64,000 nucleotides of DNA from an uncultured Muribaculaceae bacterium (lineage in GTDB: Bacteria; Cyanobacteriota; Vampirovibrionia; Gastranaerophilales; Gastranaerophilaceae). Each line of letters begins with the position of its first letter. The stretch's first letter is position 1. Below, piece after piece: positions 9,712 to 19,087 of the stretch. Below the pieces are notes generated by a model, which made no database searches, was not told the origin of the DNA, and was given only the letters and a program-made list of their open reading frames with translations. The DNA lies in NCBI GenBank assembly GCA_964391675.1, contig CAYMMX010000006.1:33546-97545 (forward strand), written 5' to 3'. Both the position numbers and the translations under genes were made by a program.

Positions 9712-12162
9712 TCACAAGCAACTGCTATAAGGTAAAGACTTTATAAATTTTTCTATAAATTCAAAATCTATATGCCCTAATTTATCAACGGGTAATTTTA
9801 TCTTATGTTTTTGAACATGCTTTAACCTATATTGTCTACCATAAGAAAACTTAAATTTATACTTATTTATTAAGGTTAAGATGAATAAAGCAACATATTT
9901 ATTTAATTTAAAATTAGGCTTAAGAACTATAATGTTATCATCGCAACAAAAAACATAATCCCTGTAAAAACAATTGCAAAACATATCAATTGTTAGACAA
10001 GAACTGTATTTATCCATTTCTTCATTTTCTATATAATTACTAATACCTTGATTTTGATATCCTGCAGTAACCAGGGGTATATTTCCGTCAAGACGGTTTT
10101 CTTTTATAAGTCTGTCACCTCGTTCAATTGTAAATAATCCTTTATTTTTTGAATCTAAATAAAATTCTGCCCACTGTACAGAATCTAAATTCAAATTAAT
10201 ATTGCTTTTAGGAGTTTTTAAATCTGTTTTACCGTAAAATTCGGTCATTAATTCAAACAAAGTTATTTCATCAATATCTTTGTCAAATAAATTCATTTGA
10301 AATTTAACATTAAAAGTTAATCTGTCTTTAATTACTTTTACAAAATCATTTACATTTAACTTGTTATAATCAGACATTGAATGTGCCTGAATAAGCCACT
10401 CATCATCTGATTTTATTTTTGTTTTTACAAGTTTAAGCCCATCTTGATATTTATCTGCATTAAATATTCTTTTTAATAAATCTGATTTAATTGAATTCCA
10501 CTTATTATAAGTATCTGTTCTTCCTTTTGCTTTAGAAAGGACAAATCCATCATCATCCAAATCATAAAAAACCACTTCTTGATTTGCATGAGGCTTATTG
10601 GTTTCAAATACTGCTATTGCTGTATTTGTTGCAGCATTTGGCATAAATAATTCTTTTGGCATGTTAATAACATATTTTAGGGTATTATTAGTTAAAATTT
10701 GTTTTCTTATTTTATCATCCTTAAAATATGTACTTAAAGGTGCTATAACTACTACATACCTTGAACAATGCGAAATTAACCTTTGGAGAAATTGTATCTC
10801 TTTTTTAGTGGGGTCATCCTTATTATCTTTTCCGCCATAAGGGGGGTTTATAAAACCTATTGTAGGAATAATTCCTTCATTTTTAAGGTTTTCTAATTCT
10901 ATATCAGCTTCCTTGGAAAAATAATCACATTTAAAAATCTGCGATTTTCCGTCTCCACGAAATAACATATTTGAAATAGCTAAAGAAAACATTGTAGAGT
11001 TACTTTCAAATCCGATTAATTGTTTTTTCTTTAATTTATTAATTTTATCTGATTTATTGGACATTTGGGAACTGTTAATTAATTTTGTCAACTTATTCAT
11101 TGCAGCAATCAAGAAAGCTCCCGTTCCACAGCAAGAATCCAAAATTATATCATTAGACTTCAAATCAATTAATTCCGTAAAAAGTTCTGTAATATGACGC
11201 GGCGTTAAAACAATTCCTTTTTTAACATTGGCTAACCCGGCATAGCGTAAAAATTCCTCATAAAATTTTCCTATAACATCATAGTTTAATTCTTTTTTAA
11301 ATAATGGAATAATTTTTTCCTTTAATTCATTCAATAATTTTATCAATATCTTAGAATTATCATTTAATAATTCTTCATTATTCTTAAATGAGGCTAATTC
11401 ATCAATAAGAATATTTATTTTTGATTCCGGTATATTTTCTCCGGATAAAACCTCTTTTATTGTATAAGACATTGAGTTTAAAATCATAGAAGGAGACCAA
11501 CCGTTATAATCATTTCTAAAATCATTCTTTTTATTTCTCTCAAAAAGGCATATCATTAATGCAGATAAAAGAATAGGTCTTTTTTGAGAATCAACAGAGC
11601 GTAACCATTTATTTACCTTTTTAGATGAAGTAGAAATTTCACTTATCAATTTTTCTTCGTTAAAATTATCAAAAAGCGATAAATAATCCCTTTCATTCAA
11701 AATGTTTGTAATAAGTGACTGCTCTTGAATTCTATTATTTAAAATTACAAAAGTACTTACCCTGTGGTTATATTCAGTATTTAAATCCCCTGAAACAGCT
11801 ACCCCTAAGATTTTCCAACTTCTAAAAAAAGCCTTCAAATCTTCGCTTTGCAAATTATCATTTAAAAAAAACTTAAGGTAATGCTTAACACCATCAACAG
11901 CATATTTAATCGGTTCGGATAAATTATCAGATGAAGAATGTAGGGAAATATTTGGCTTTATTTCAACAATTATTAATAATTGTTCATCTTCATTAATATA
12001 AATATAATCAGGAAATCCCTGATTATTAGTTTGTTTTTTTGATGCATTTGATAAAACAGATTTTATATTATCATTTTTAGGGTAATTTCCCCAGTTTTTT
12101 TTATATTCAAGGCTGCTTAAGTAAACACCGATATCAAAATCGTTTTTATCTTTTATTGCCAT
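9712..12162 (-). CDS. single-polypeptide restriction-modification enzyme: PD-(D/E)xK nuclease, gamma-class N6-adenine methyltransferase and one HsdS-like specificity domain
   Basis: 816 aa. The N-terminus 'GFPDYIYI...IVEIKP' has a D...ExK motif. Methyltransferase motif I is 'LDSCCGTGAFL' and motif IV is 'NPPYGG'. The C-terminal ~170 aa ('ERGDRLIKENRLDGNIPLVTAG...') resembles an HsdS target-recognition domain. An SD, GAGAGGAAG, lies upstream. Confidence 0.72.
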   Translation of the reverse strand: MAIKDKNDFDIGVYLSSLEYKKNWGNYPKNDNIKSVLSNASKKQTNNQGFPDYIYINEDEQLLIIVEIKPNISLHSSSDNLSEPIKYAVDGVKHYLKFFLNDNLQSEDLKAFFRSWKILGVAVSGDLNTEYNHRVSTFVILNNRIQEQSLITNILNERDYLSLFDNFNEEKLISEISTSSKKVNKWLRSVDSQKRPILLSALMICLFERNKKNDFRNDYNGWSPSMILNSMSYTIKEVLSGENIPESKINILIDELASFKNNEELLNDNSKILIKLLNELKEKIIPLFKKELNYDVIGKFYEEFLRYAGLANVKKGIVLTPRHITELFTELIDLKSNDIILDSCCGTGAFLIAAMNKLTKLINSSQMSNKSDKINKLKKKQLIGFESNSTMFSLAISNMLFRGDGKSQIFKCDYFSKEADIELENLKNEGIIPTIGFINPPYGGKDNKDDPTKKEIQFLQRLISHCSRYVVVIAPLSTYFKDDKIRKQILTNNTLKYVINMPKELFMPNAATNTAIAVFETNKPHANQEVVFYDLDDDGFVLSKAKGRTDTYNKWNSIKSDLLKRIFNADKYQDGLKLVKTKIKSDDEWLIQAHSMSDYNKLNVNDFVKVIKDRLTFNVKFQMNLFDKDIDEITLFELMTEFYGKTDLKTPKSNINLNLDSVQWAEFYLDSKNKGLFTIERGDRLIKENRLDGNIPLVTAGYQNQGISNYIENEEMDKYSSCLTIDMFCNCFYRDYVFCCDDNIIVLKPNFKLNKYVALFILTLINKYKFKFSYGRQYRLKHVQKHKIKLPVDKLGHIDFEFIEKFIKSLPYSSCL

Positions 12163-12298
12163 ACTTCCTCTCTAATCCACTTTACTAATGATAAAATAAA
12201 TAGTTGTAAAAAACAAATTGTAAATATAAATACTCCATGTTTGTTTATATTTATGTTAACATTCCTAATAAAAACCGTTTAAACCAAAGAAAGATTAT

Positions 12299-13855
12299 AT
12301 GGTATCAAAAATAATAACAGCAACAACCATGGGTTTAAATGCCTATAAAATAGATGTGGAAGTTGATTTTGTAAATTCACTACCAAATATATCAATTGTG
12401 GGATTACCTGATATTGCGGTAAATGAAGCAAAAGAAAGAGTTCGCTCGGCTGTTAAAAACTCCGGTTTTACATTTCCAGGACAAAGAGTAATAGTTAATT
12501 TAGCCCCTGCTGATATAAAAAAAGAAGGAACAAATTTTGATCTGCCTATTGCCGTAGGAATTTTAACTCGAGGGGGATTCATAAATGAAATCTTTCTTGA
12601 AAATACGGCTTTTTTAGGTGAATTATCTCTCGATGGCAGTCTAAGAGGAATAAACGGAATTTTACCACTTGTTTCAGGACTTAAAGAACTTGGTATCAAA
12701 AAAGTAATAGTACCCCAAGTAAATACTAAAGAAGCTGCGCTAGTAGACGGAATAGATGTATATGGTGCAGAATATTTGATAGACGTAATTAATCATTTTA
12801 GCGATGATTCTGAGTCTAAATTAATTAAGTCAACAAAAAATATAGAAAATTATCTTAATGAAAACACCCCAAATACATATATTTATGACTTTAAAGACGT
12901 AAAAGGACAACAAAAAGCAAAAAAAGCTCTGGAAATAGCTGCAGCAGGTGCCCATAATATACTAATGATGGGGTCTCCCGGATCAGGCAAAACATTAATG
13001 GCAAAATGTTTTGCCTCTATACTACCACCTTTAAATATTCAAGAATCACTGGAATTAACAAAAATATATAGCATAAGTGGCTTATTGCCATCAGATAAAC
13101 CTTTAATTACTCAAAGACCTTACCGGGCAGTACATCATTCTGCATCTTCTGTAGGAATAATCGGAGGTGGAAGCAACCCAAAACCTGGAGAAATAACTCT
13201 GGCTCATAGAGGTGTTTTATTCCTTGATGAAATGGTTGAATTTCCAAGAAATGTTTTGGAAACCTTAAGACAACCTTTAGAAGACGGTGAAGTTACAATC
13301 TCTCGTGCCCAAACTTCAATTAAATACCCCGCCGATTTCATGCTGCTTGGGGCTATGAATCCTTGTCCTTGCGGCTTTTTAGGCGATAGCCAGAAAAATT
13401 GTACCTGTTCTGAATTTCAAATACAAAGATATCGTTCAAGATTATCGGGACCTCTTCTTGACAGAATTGATTTACAAATTGAAGTGCCAAGACTAACACC
13501 GCAAGAGCTTATTAATATGAAAGATTCTTCAGAACCTTCCTGCGAAATAAGAAAACGGGTTGTTAACGCCAGAAACATACAATTTCAAAGGTATAAAGGA
13601 CTAGGAATATTAACTAATTCCGAGCTTAATACTGATTTAATCAAAAAATTCTGTCAAATAGATAAAGAATCAGAAGATATTCTTAAAAATGCCATTATAA
13701 AATTTAATTTGTCAGGAAGAAGTTATGACAGAACTCTAAAACTCGCAAGGACAATTGCTGATTTATCCGGTGAAAAAAATATACTTAAAACACATATTGC
13801 TCAGGCCCTACAATACAGAACTTTTATTGCTGAAAATATTCATGCCAATCTATAA
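12299..13855 (+). CDS. comM: YifB/ComM family Mg-chelatase-like AAA+ ATPase
   Basis: N-terminal Lon-protease-like domain, Walker A 'GSPGSGKT', Walker B 'RGVLFLDE', and a Cys cluster 'NPCPCGFLGDSQKNCTC'. Confidence 0.9.
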   Translation: MVSKIITATTMGLNAYKIDVEVDFVNSLPNISIVGLPDIAVNEAKERVRSAVKNSGFTFPGQRVIVNLAPADIKKEGTNFDLPIAVGILTRGGFINEIFLENTAFLGELSLDGSLRGINGILPLVSGLKELGIKKVIVPQVNTKEAALVDGIDVYGAEYLIDVINHFSDDSESKLIKSTKNIENYLNENTPNTYIYDFKDVKGQQKAKKALEIAAAGAHNILMMGSPGSGKTLMAKCFASILPPLNIQESLELTKIYSISGLLPSDKPLITQRPYRAVHHSASSVGIIGGGSNPKPGEITLAHRGVLFLDEMVEFPRNVLETLRQPLEDGEVTISRAQTSIKYPADFMLLGAMNPCPCGFLGDSQKNCTCSEFQIQRYRSRLSGPLLDRIDLQIEVPRLTPQELINMKDSSEPSCEIRKRVVNARNIQFQRYKGLGILTNSELNTDLIKKFCQIDKESEDILKNAIIKFNLSGRSYDRTLKLARTIADLSGEKNILKTHIAQALQYRTFIAENIHANL

Positions 13856-14050
13856 TATATAAAAATGTCCGTAAAAATACTTAAATAAGGTGGAGTAGGT
13901 GCTACTGCGGACTTTTCAAACTTTAATAATGGTTTATACTAAAAATATAAATCACGATTGGTTTATAGGTTATTAATTAAGGCTCACGCCCTTTGATGGC
14001 AAAGCTATTTATTAATAAAACAGGAAGAGATATGTATATAAGAGGAAATT

Positions 14051-14413
14051 ATGGGCTATATTCATTGTTGTTCTGGATTAAGAAAAAGTAAAAGCTATTC
14101 TATATCTCCTGAAGAAAATTATTCTTATGCTCAAATAGATTATCTGGAAGAATGTCCTGTATGTGGTCATACAGTAGCTCAAATAACCAGAATAGACTGC
14201 GAAAATAATGTCTCTGTATGCAGAAAAATCAATGAAAAAGCCAGAAAGCTGTTTGAGAAATTAAAAAATAATATCCTCTTTGAAAAAAATAAAGAAAGAA
14301 AATTTCTCGAACACTCATCAAAGTTTTTCCTCTACTATAATGAATTTGGAATAAAGAAAAAATGTTATTCGAATCTAAGTTCATTAAAAATAGGATTATT
14401 TGAAAACAAATAA
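14051..14413 (+). CDS. hypothetical small Cys-rich protein (possible zinc ribbon)
   Basis: 120 aa with an SD (AGAGGAAA) 4 nt upstream. It contains 'CC...CPVCGH...C...C'. I recognise no family. Confidence 0.5.
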   Translation: MGYIHCCSGLRKSKSYSISPEENYSYAQIDYLEECPVCGHTVAQITRIDCENNVSVCRKINEKARKLFEKLKNNILFEKNKERKFLEHSSKFFLYYNEFGIKKKCYSNLSSLKIGLFENK

Positions 14414-14487
14414 AAATATTTTTTAGAATCATAAACCACAACTATCCTAAAACAGGCCCTTGGCCTTCTAAATTATCTTACTCTACT

Positions 14488-14517
14488 ATGGGGAACTTAT
14501 GTTTCCCCATTTTTTTA
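14488..14517 (+). terminator. Rho-independent terminator
   Basis: ATGGGGAA-(7 nt loop)-TTCCCCAT, followed by T7. Confidence 0.65.
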
Positions 14518-14610
14518 CAAGAAAATACATTAGAAAAAGTCATTTTTTAACGTGTAGTATTAAGTAACTAGCTAGTGTTGAGAATATAAATAAAATAAAT
14601 CTAAGGAATT

Positions 14611-14814
14611 ATGATGAATCTATCAAAAAGAGAGTTGGAAGTTCTTGAGTTGATTAGTCAAGGCTATTCTGATAAAGAAATTGCTTGCAACTTAAAAATA
14701 TCAGCAAGAACGGTTCAAACACATGTTACAAGAATAGTTATCAAGTTAGGTGCAAGAAACAGACCAAATGCAGTTGCAAACTATCTCATGCAACATTATA
14801 TACGAGTCACTTAA
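14611..14814 (+). CDS. stand-alone LuxR/GerE-type HTH transcription regulator
   Basis: 67 aa: 'LSKRELEVLELISQGYSDKEIACNLKISARTVQTHVTRIVIKLGARNR'. This is a GerE-type HTH with no receiver or ligand domain. An SD, TAAGGAA, lies upstream. Confidence 0.8.
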   Translation: MMNLSKRELEVLELISQGYSDKEIACNLKISARTVQTHVTRIVIKLGARNRPNAVANYLMQHYIRVT

Positions 14815-14824
14815 AGGAACATAT

Positions 14825-15325
14825 ATGAAAAGAATAATAATACACTGGACAGCAGGCGGATATATTCCGACATCTTATGAAAAAGAACGTTATCACTATT
14901 TAGTAGATAGCGCAGGTAAAGTACATTGTGGAAAATTCAAGCCGGAAGTAAATTTAAATTGTAAAAAAGGATTATATGCAATGCATACAGGAGGAGGAAA
15001 TACAGGTTCAATAGGAGTATCTATGTGTGCAATGGCCGGCTTTAAAGGAAAAAATAATCAAGGAATTTTTCCTATTACAAAAATACAGTTTGAAGCAACG
15101 ATGAAGCTATGTGCAAAGCTTGCTGCAAAATACAATATAAAAACAACAGCTGAAAATATTATGACTCATTATGAATTTGGGCAAAAACATCCTAAAACAA
15201 GCAGCAATGGGAAAATAGATATTATTTTTATCCCGCCTTATCCATGGATATCAAAAGATGATATAGGTAGTTTTATTCGCTCAAAAATAAGATGGTATGA
15301 AGAAAATTTAAAAGAGGAAAACTAA
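14825..15325 (+). CDS. N-acetylmuramoyl-L-alanine amidase (Amidase_2/PGRP, T7-lysozyme-like), probably the endolysin
   Basis: 'IIIHWTAGGY' and 'IMTHYEFGQKHPKTSSNGKIDI' fit the Zn-amidase pattern. The ATG at 14825 has AAAGGAA upstream; the ORF-track start at 14750 would overlap the LuxR gene. Confidence 0.75.
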   Translation: MKRIIIHWTAGGYIPTSYEKERYHYLVDSAGKVHCGKFKPEVNLNCKKGLYAMHTGGGNTGSIGVSMCAMAGFKGKNNQGIFPITKIQFEATMKLCAKLAAKYNIKTTAENIMTHYEFGQKHPKTSSNGKIDIIFIPPYPWISKDDIGSFIRSKIRWYEENLKEEN

Positions 15326-16866
15326 TGCAAACTTATTTTTATAATTTATCAGGAGGAATAAATCAATCTGCCAGCAAAACTGCTTTGGGACTGGATACAA
15401 AAAAATTATACTGGGCTGATGCAAAAAATATCGAAATCCTTCAAAATAATGGTATTGCAAGACAAAAGGGGAATATTCTTTTATTTGAATTAACTCAAAC
15501 AGAAAAAATAATCGCATTACATCCATTAAAAGACGGAACAACCTTTAATTTACTAATAGCTACTGAAGCTGGCAATTTGTATGTTTATAACACAAAAAGC
15601 CTTAATATTACAAAACTTGATAAGGTAATTGACGGGTCCTCAAAAATAGTATTTACAGATTTTTTAGATGGAGTTGTTGCCGGAAGCAAAAGAGATACAA
15701 TTTTTTATATTAATAATGATAACGGTTATTTAATTGAAAGTTGTAACTTAAAAGATGCTAATGATAATGATATTAAAAGCGATGTTGTTAGTGTCTTTGC
15801 CGGTAGATTATGGATAGCCGGAGGATCAACTTTGTATTATTCTGCACTTGGAAAATACAATGATTTTATAACACAAAATGATGCGGGATATATTAATAAT
15901 TTTCACTTAGATACAAATAATATAACGGCATTAAAACCTTATAAAGATTATCTGGCTGTGTATAAAGAGAATTCTGTTTACTTATTATCAGGCACAAGTA
16001 GTGAAGATTTCAAAATAATACCTTTTGCAGATAAAGGAACCTACTCAACAAAAAGTGTTGTTAATGTAAATAATAAACAATATTTTGTAAGTCAAGGTAT
16101 TTTTTCAATGGAACAAGCCGGTTTGCTAAGTCAAATTCAACTTGGAGATGAAATTTCATTAAATATTAAGCCTGAATTCGAAAATTTTGATAAATCAAGA
16201 TTTAATGAAGTTGTTGTAATACATTATAGTAAGAAAAATCAGGTTTGGTACTTCATTCCATATAAGAATGATGAATATTTTCATACTATTTGGATCTATA
16301 ATTATGTGAATCAAGCTTGGTTTAAAAGAAATATTCCGCAAGACATAAGTTCGGTTTGTTTATTTGATGATTATGTTTTAACAGCTGATAAAAATGGTAA
16401 AATTTACAGGGAAGATTTTGGAAATACCTTTAATGGACTAGCCATAGATTTTTTTTGGAAATCACCTTTTTTAGCTGCAGGTGACTCAAATGTGAGAAAA
16501 ACTATAGAAGAGTTCTATTTTGTATTAGATGAATCTAATGATAATAATTTTGATTTTTCTGTTTGTAAAAACTATGACGATACTTATAAAGATGATGAAG
16601 ATAAGATATATTCCTCTAATTCAACTAATTTAATTTGGGACGGAGACAATTTATCTTCAAGCTTAAATACTTATTGGAATTACGACACAAATAACTCAAA
16701 TGAAGAAAACATTTATTCTCTTTGGGCTATAGGTACAAATTCAATACAAAAAGCTGAAATTTCAGAATCTAATTATTCTGTTCAATTATGTATAAACGGT
16801 CAATCATTGGATCAAAACATGGCCATAATAGGATTAGAGTTTAAAGAAGTATATTTTGACGAATAA
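15325..16866 (+). CDS. hypothetical 513-aa protein of the phage island (structural or tail-associated candidate)
   Basis: It is translationally coupled to the amidase gene (TAATG) and has an SD, AGAGGAAA. Repeated beta-strand-like blocks (LYVYN, IFYIN, LYYSA, VYLLSG, VWYFIP, IWIYN) suggest a propeller or sandwich fold. No family recognised. Confidence 0.55.
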   Translation: MQTYFYNLSGGINQSASKTALGLDTKKLYWADAKNIEILQNNGIARQKGNILLFELTQTEKIIALHPLKDGTTFNLLIATEAGNLYVYNTKSLNITKLDKVIDGSSKIVFTDFLDGVVAGSKRDTIFYINNDNGYLIESCNLKDANDNDIKSDVVSVFAGRLWIAGGSTLYYSALGKYNDFITQNDAGYINNFHLDTNNITALKPYKDYLAVYKENSVYLLSGTSSEDFKIIPFADKGTYSTKSVVNVNNKQYFVSQGIFSMEQAGLLSQIQLGDEISLNIKPEFENFDKSRFNEVVVIHYSKKNQVWYFIPYKNDEYFHTIWIYNYVNQAWFKRNIPQDISSVCLFDDYVLTADKNGKIYREDFGNTFNGLAIDFFWKSPFLAAGDSNVRKTIEEFYFVLDESNDNNFDFSVCKNYDDTYKDDEDKIYSSNSTNLIWDGDNLSSSLNTYWNYDTNNSNEENIYSLWAIGTNSIQKAEISESNYSVQLCINGQSLDQNMAIIGLEFKEVYFDE

Positions 16867-16937
16867 ACCTGCGCCACTTAAATTTCAGATAAATTTAAAA
16901 TCTGAAAGTATTTACATTAACACGAAAGGGAGAAAAA

Positions 16938-17795
16938 ATGACAGATGAAACATCAACAGCTCATTATTCTGCGTTTATACCGGAAATTTGGAGCCAAAAA
17001 CTAAACAACATGCTTACAAAAAACTGCGTAATGCTTCAATGCGTTAACAAAAATTATGAAGGAGAAATTAAAAATCAGGGTGATACTGTAAAAATTATAA
17101 CACCAGCAACAGTTTCAATCTCTACAGTTACAGATTCTGCTATAACATATAGTGAACTAAATCCTACTGAAATAGATCTGGTCATCGACCAAAAAAAATT
17201 CTTTGCATTTAAAATCGGAGATATCGCACAAGCCCAAGCAAATCAAGACATAATGGAAGCACATCTACAAAACGCCAAAAGTGCCATCGAAGAAGTACAA
17301 GATTCACATTTATTGGGACAGCATGCATATGTTGATTCTGACAATATTGTAGGCGGCACAACTCCGGTAACGCTAAATAAAACAACAATCTATTCAAATT
17401 TTGTTGATTTAGCTCTTAAACTAAAAAACTCAAATGCTGTTAATAATAATCAAAAACCATGGGTGGTAATAAATCCGACTATTGAATCGTATTTACTACA
17501 AAGCACTGAGTTCATTAGTGCCTATAATGTTGCAGATGAAACATTACGAGAAGGTGCTATAGGTCGGATTGCAGGGATGGACGTACTTGTAAGCACAAAC
17601 TTAACAGAAACCGACGACAAATATTATGTTCTTGCCGGTACAAACGAAGCCATTACATTTGCATCTCAATTATCAAAAATCGAAAGCCTCAGAGATAAAG
17701 ACAGTTTTTCAGACCTTGTAAGGGGTCTTTATTTATACGGAGCTAAAACTGTGCAACCGAAATCTTTAGCTAAAATGGTAGTTACAGCCCCTTAG
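16938..17795 (+). CDS. phage major capsid protein (small HK97-fold / P22-coat-like family)
   Basis: 285 aa. 'FIPEIWSQKLNNMLTKNCVMLQCVNKNYEGEIKNQGDTVKI' is a pattern I associate with P22-coat-like capsid proteins. It has a strong SD (AAAGGGAG) and is followed by a strong terminator. Confidence 0.68.
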   Translation: MTDETSTAHYSAFIPEIWSQKLNNMLTKNCVMLQCVNKNYEGEIKNQGDTVKIITPATVSISTVTDSAITYSELNPTEIDLVIDQKKFFAFKIGDIAQAQANQDIMEAHLQNAKSAIEEVQDSHLLGQHAYVDSDNIVGGTTPVTLNKTTIYSNFVDLALKLKNSNAVNNNQKPWVVINPTIESYLLQSTEFISAYNVADETLREGAIGRIAGMDVLVSTNLTETDDKYYVLAGTNEAITFASQLSKIESLRDKDSFSDLVRGLYLYGAKTVQPKSLAKMVVTAP

Positions 17796-17813
17796 CCAAG
17801 GGTTTCAATTATA

Positions 17814-17853
17814 AATAATGCAGCTTAAATTTCTCAAGCTGCATTATTTTTTT
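17814..17853 (+). terminator. Rho-independent terminator after the capsid gene
   Basis: 13-bp stem AATAATGCAGCTT/AAGCTGCATTATT with a 9-nt loop, followed by a T-run. Confidence 0.75.
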
Positions 17854-17869
17854 AAAAGAAAGGAGTTTT

Positions 17870-18115
17870 ATGTTTATAAGCTTAAAAGCAACAATAAAAG
17901 AATTAGCATATTCTGCAGTAATAATGGCAGAAGAAACACTATCTTCATCAAATGGACAAAGCAAAAAAACAGCAGCTATTGAATACATAATTTCAATGCT
18001 ACCAATACCATCAATGTTTAAATGTATTATTTCAATAATCTTATCAAAATTTATAGATGAAGCCGTTGAAAATGCTGTTACGTACATGAAAGATATTCAA
18101 AATCCGGAGGAATAA
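17870..18115 (+). CDS. small phage-island protein with one hydrophobic segment (holin-like is only a possibility)
   Basis: 81 aa with an SD, AAAGGAG. It has a hydrophobic stretch 'MLPIPSMFKCIISIILSKFI'. Confidence 0.5.
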   Translation: MFISLKATIKELAYSAVIMAEETLSSSNGQSKKTAAIEYIISMLPIPSMFKCIISIILSKFIDEAVENAVTYMKDIQNPEE

Positions 18116-19003
18116 ATGGATAAAGAACATATAAATAATTCATCTTACACCGAAACCCAAGATTTACAAACAACTGATGCTGAGGATAAAATTGAAAACT
18201 CAACTGAAGAATATGAAAAAAGTCCTTTAATAAAGGATGTTCAAGACAAGGATTATAGAGAAAATATTATATCCGAAGACTTACACAATGAAATTCTAAA
18301 AAAGCTTGATATTATAAATGATGAAAAAAATAATTCTCAAGCAAAATCTGAATTAGAAAAAACCAAATTCAATGAAAATTTAGGCAAAATTAAAACTTCA
18401 GAATCACTAGTTGAAAATAATCAATTAAAATTAAATTTGAAACAAGATTTTAATAAAATACAACTGTTAATGAATGCCGGACTAATTAATTCTGCACAAG
18501 GACAAAATTTAAAAAAAGAAGTACTTAAAAAAACGTTTGATAAGCTAGTACAAACAGAAAAAATTAGACGGAATTTAACTAAACTTTCAGTGAGTAATAA
18601 TATACCATTAAATAAATCAAGTATAACTAACGGCATACAAGAGTTTAATAACGAAAATCCAAGTTTTTTTGATACAGAAGGAAGAAAAGAAGTCTTAAAC
18701 TATTTAACGTCAGCTAATATAAAACTTGGTAAAGATGAAGTTAAGAAGATATCAGATATTATAAGGTCAATTGAAAAAATTGCTATTAACAGATATCTTC
18801 AAAAAACGACTCACGAGAAGAATCTAAAAGAATCAAATGAAACCGCCAAACAAAAATTAAAAGCAAATGCTCAAAAAAACGGTATAAATACAAATTTCTC
18901 AAGAACTTTTACTCGTGAACAAATCGGTAACATGAGTGGTGCGGAGTTCGCAAAGTATGAGTCCGTAATAATGGATCAACTAAAAAAAGGACAAATACGA
19001 TAA
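18116..19003 (+). CDS. coiled-coil, Lys/Glu/Asn-rich phage protein; scaffolding-protein candidate
   Basis: 295 aa with an SD, GGAGGA. It has low-complexity helical composition. The C-terminus 'FTREQIGNMSGAEFAKYESVIMDQLKKGQI' resembles scaffold (GP20-like) C-termini, from memory. Confidence 0.4.
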   Translation: MDKEHINNSSYTETQDLQTTDAEDKIENSTEEYEKSPLIKDVQDKDYRENIISEDLHNEILKKLDIINDEKNNSQAKSELEKTKFNENLGKIKTSESLVENNQLKLNLKQDFNKIQLLMNAGLINSAQGQNLKKEVLKKTFDKLVQTEKIRRNLTKLSVSNNIPLNKSSITNGIQEFNNENPSFFDTEGRKEVLNYLTSANIKLGKDEVKKISDIIRSIEKIAINRYLQKTTHEKNLKESNETAKQKLKANAQKNGINTNFSRTFTREQIGNMSGAEFAKYESVIMDQLKKGQIR

Positions 19004-19087
19004 ACGAAAAATGATTAATAGGAAATTGAAAATAGTTTTAAACCTATTTTACTTTTTCCTATTTTCATTTTCTAAAAAGGAGAAAAA

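Noticed and set aside
12343-12699. 118-aa minus-strand ORF inside comM. I treated similar shadow ORFs the same way: 725-967, 3350-3601, 8185-8493, 10598-10840, 28294-28879, 30455-30799, 43608-44003, 44376-44615, 55262-56222, 60344-60631 and 62458-62721.
   Set aside because: All are antisense or out-of-frame overlaps of genes with strong homology signatures. They have no SD and no recognisable motifs, so I treat them as shadow ORFs.
13856-14050. Possible tRNA or att site at the comM-island junction, and a matching repeat at 25150-25223
   Set aside because: I found no cloverleaf or T-loop (GGTTCGA-like) sequence and no shared direct repeat of about 10 nt or more between the two junctions by eye. 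A computational repeat search is still needed.
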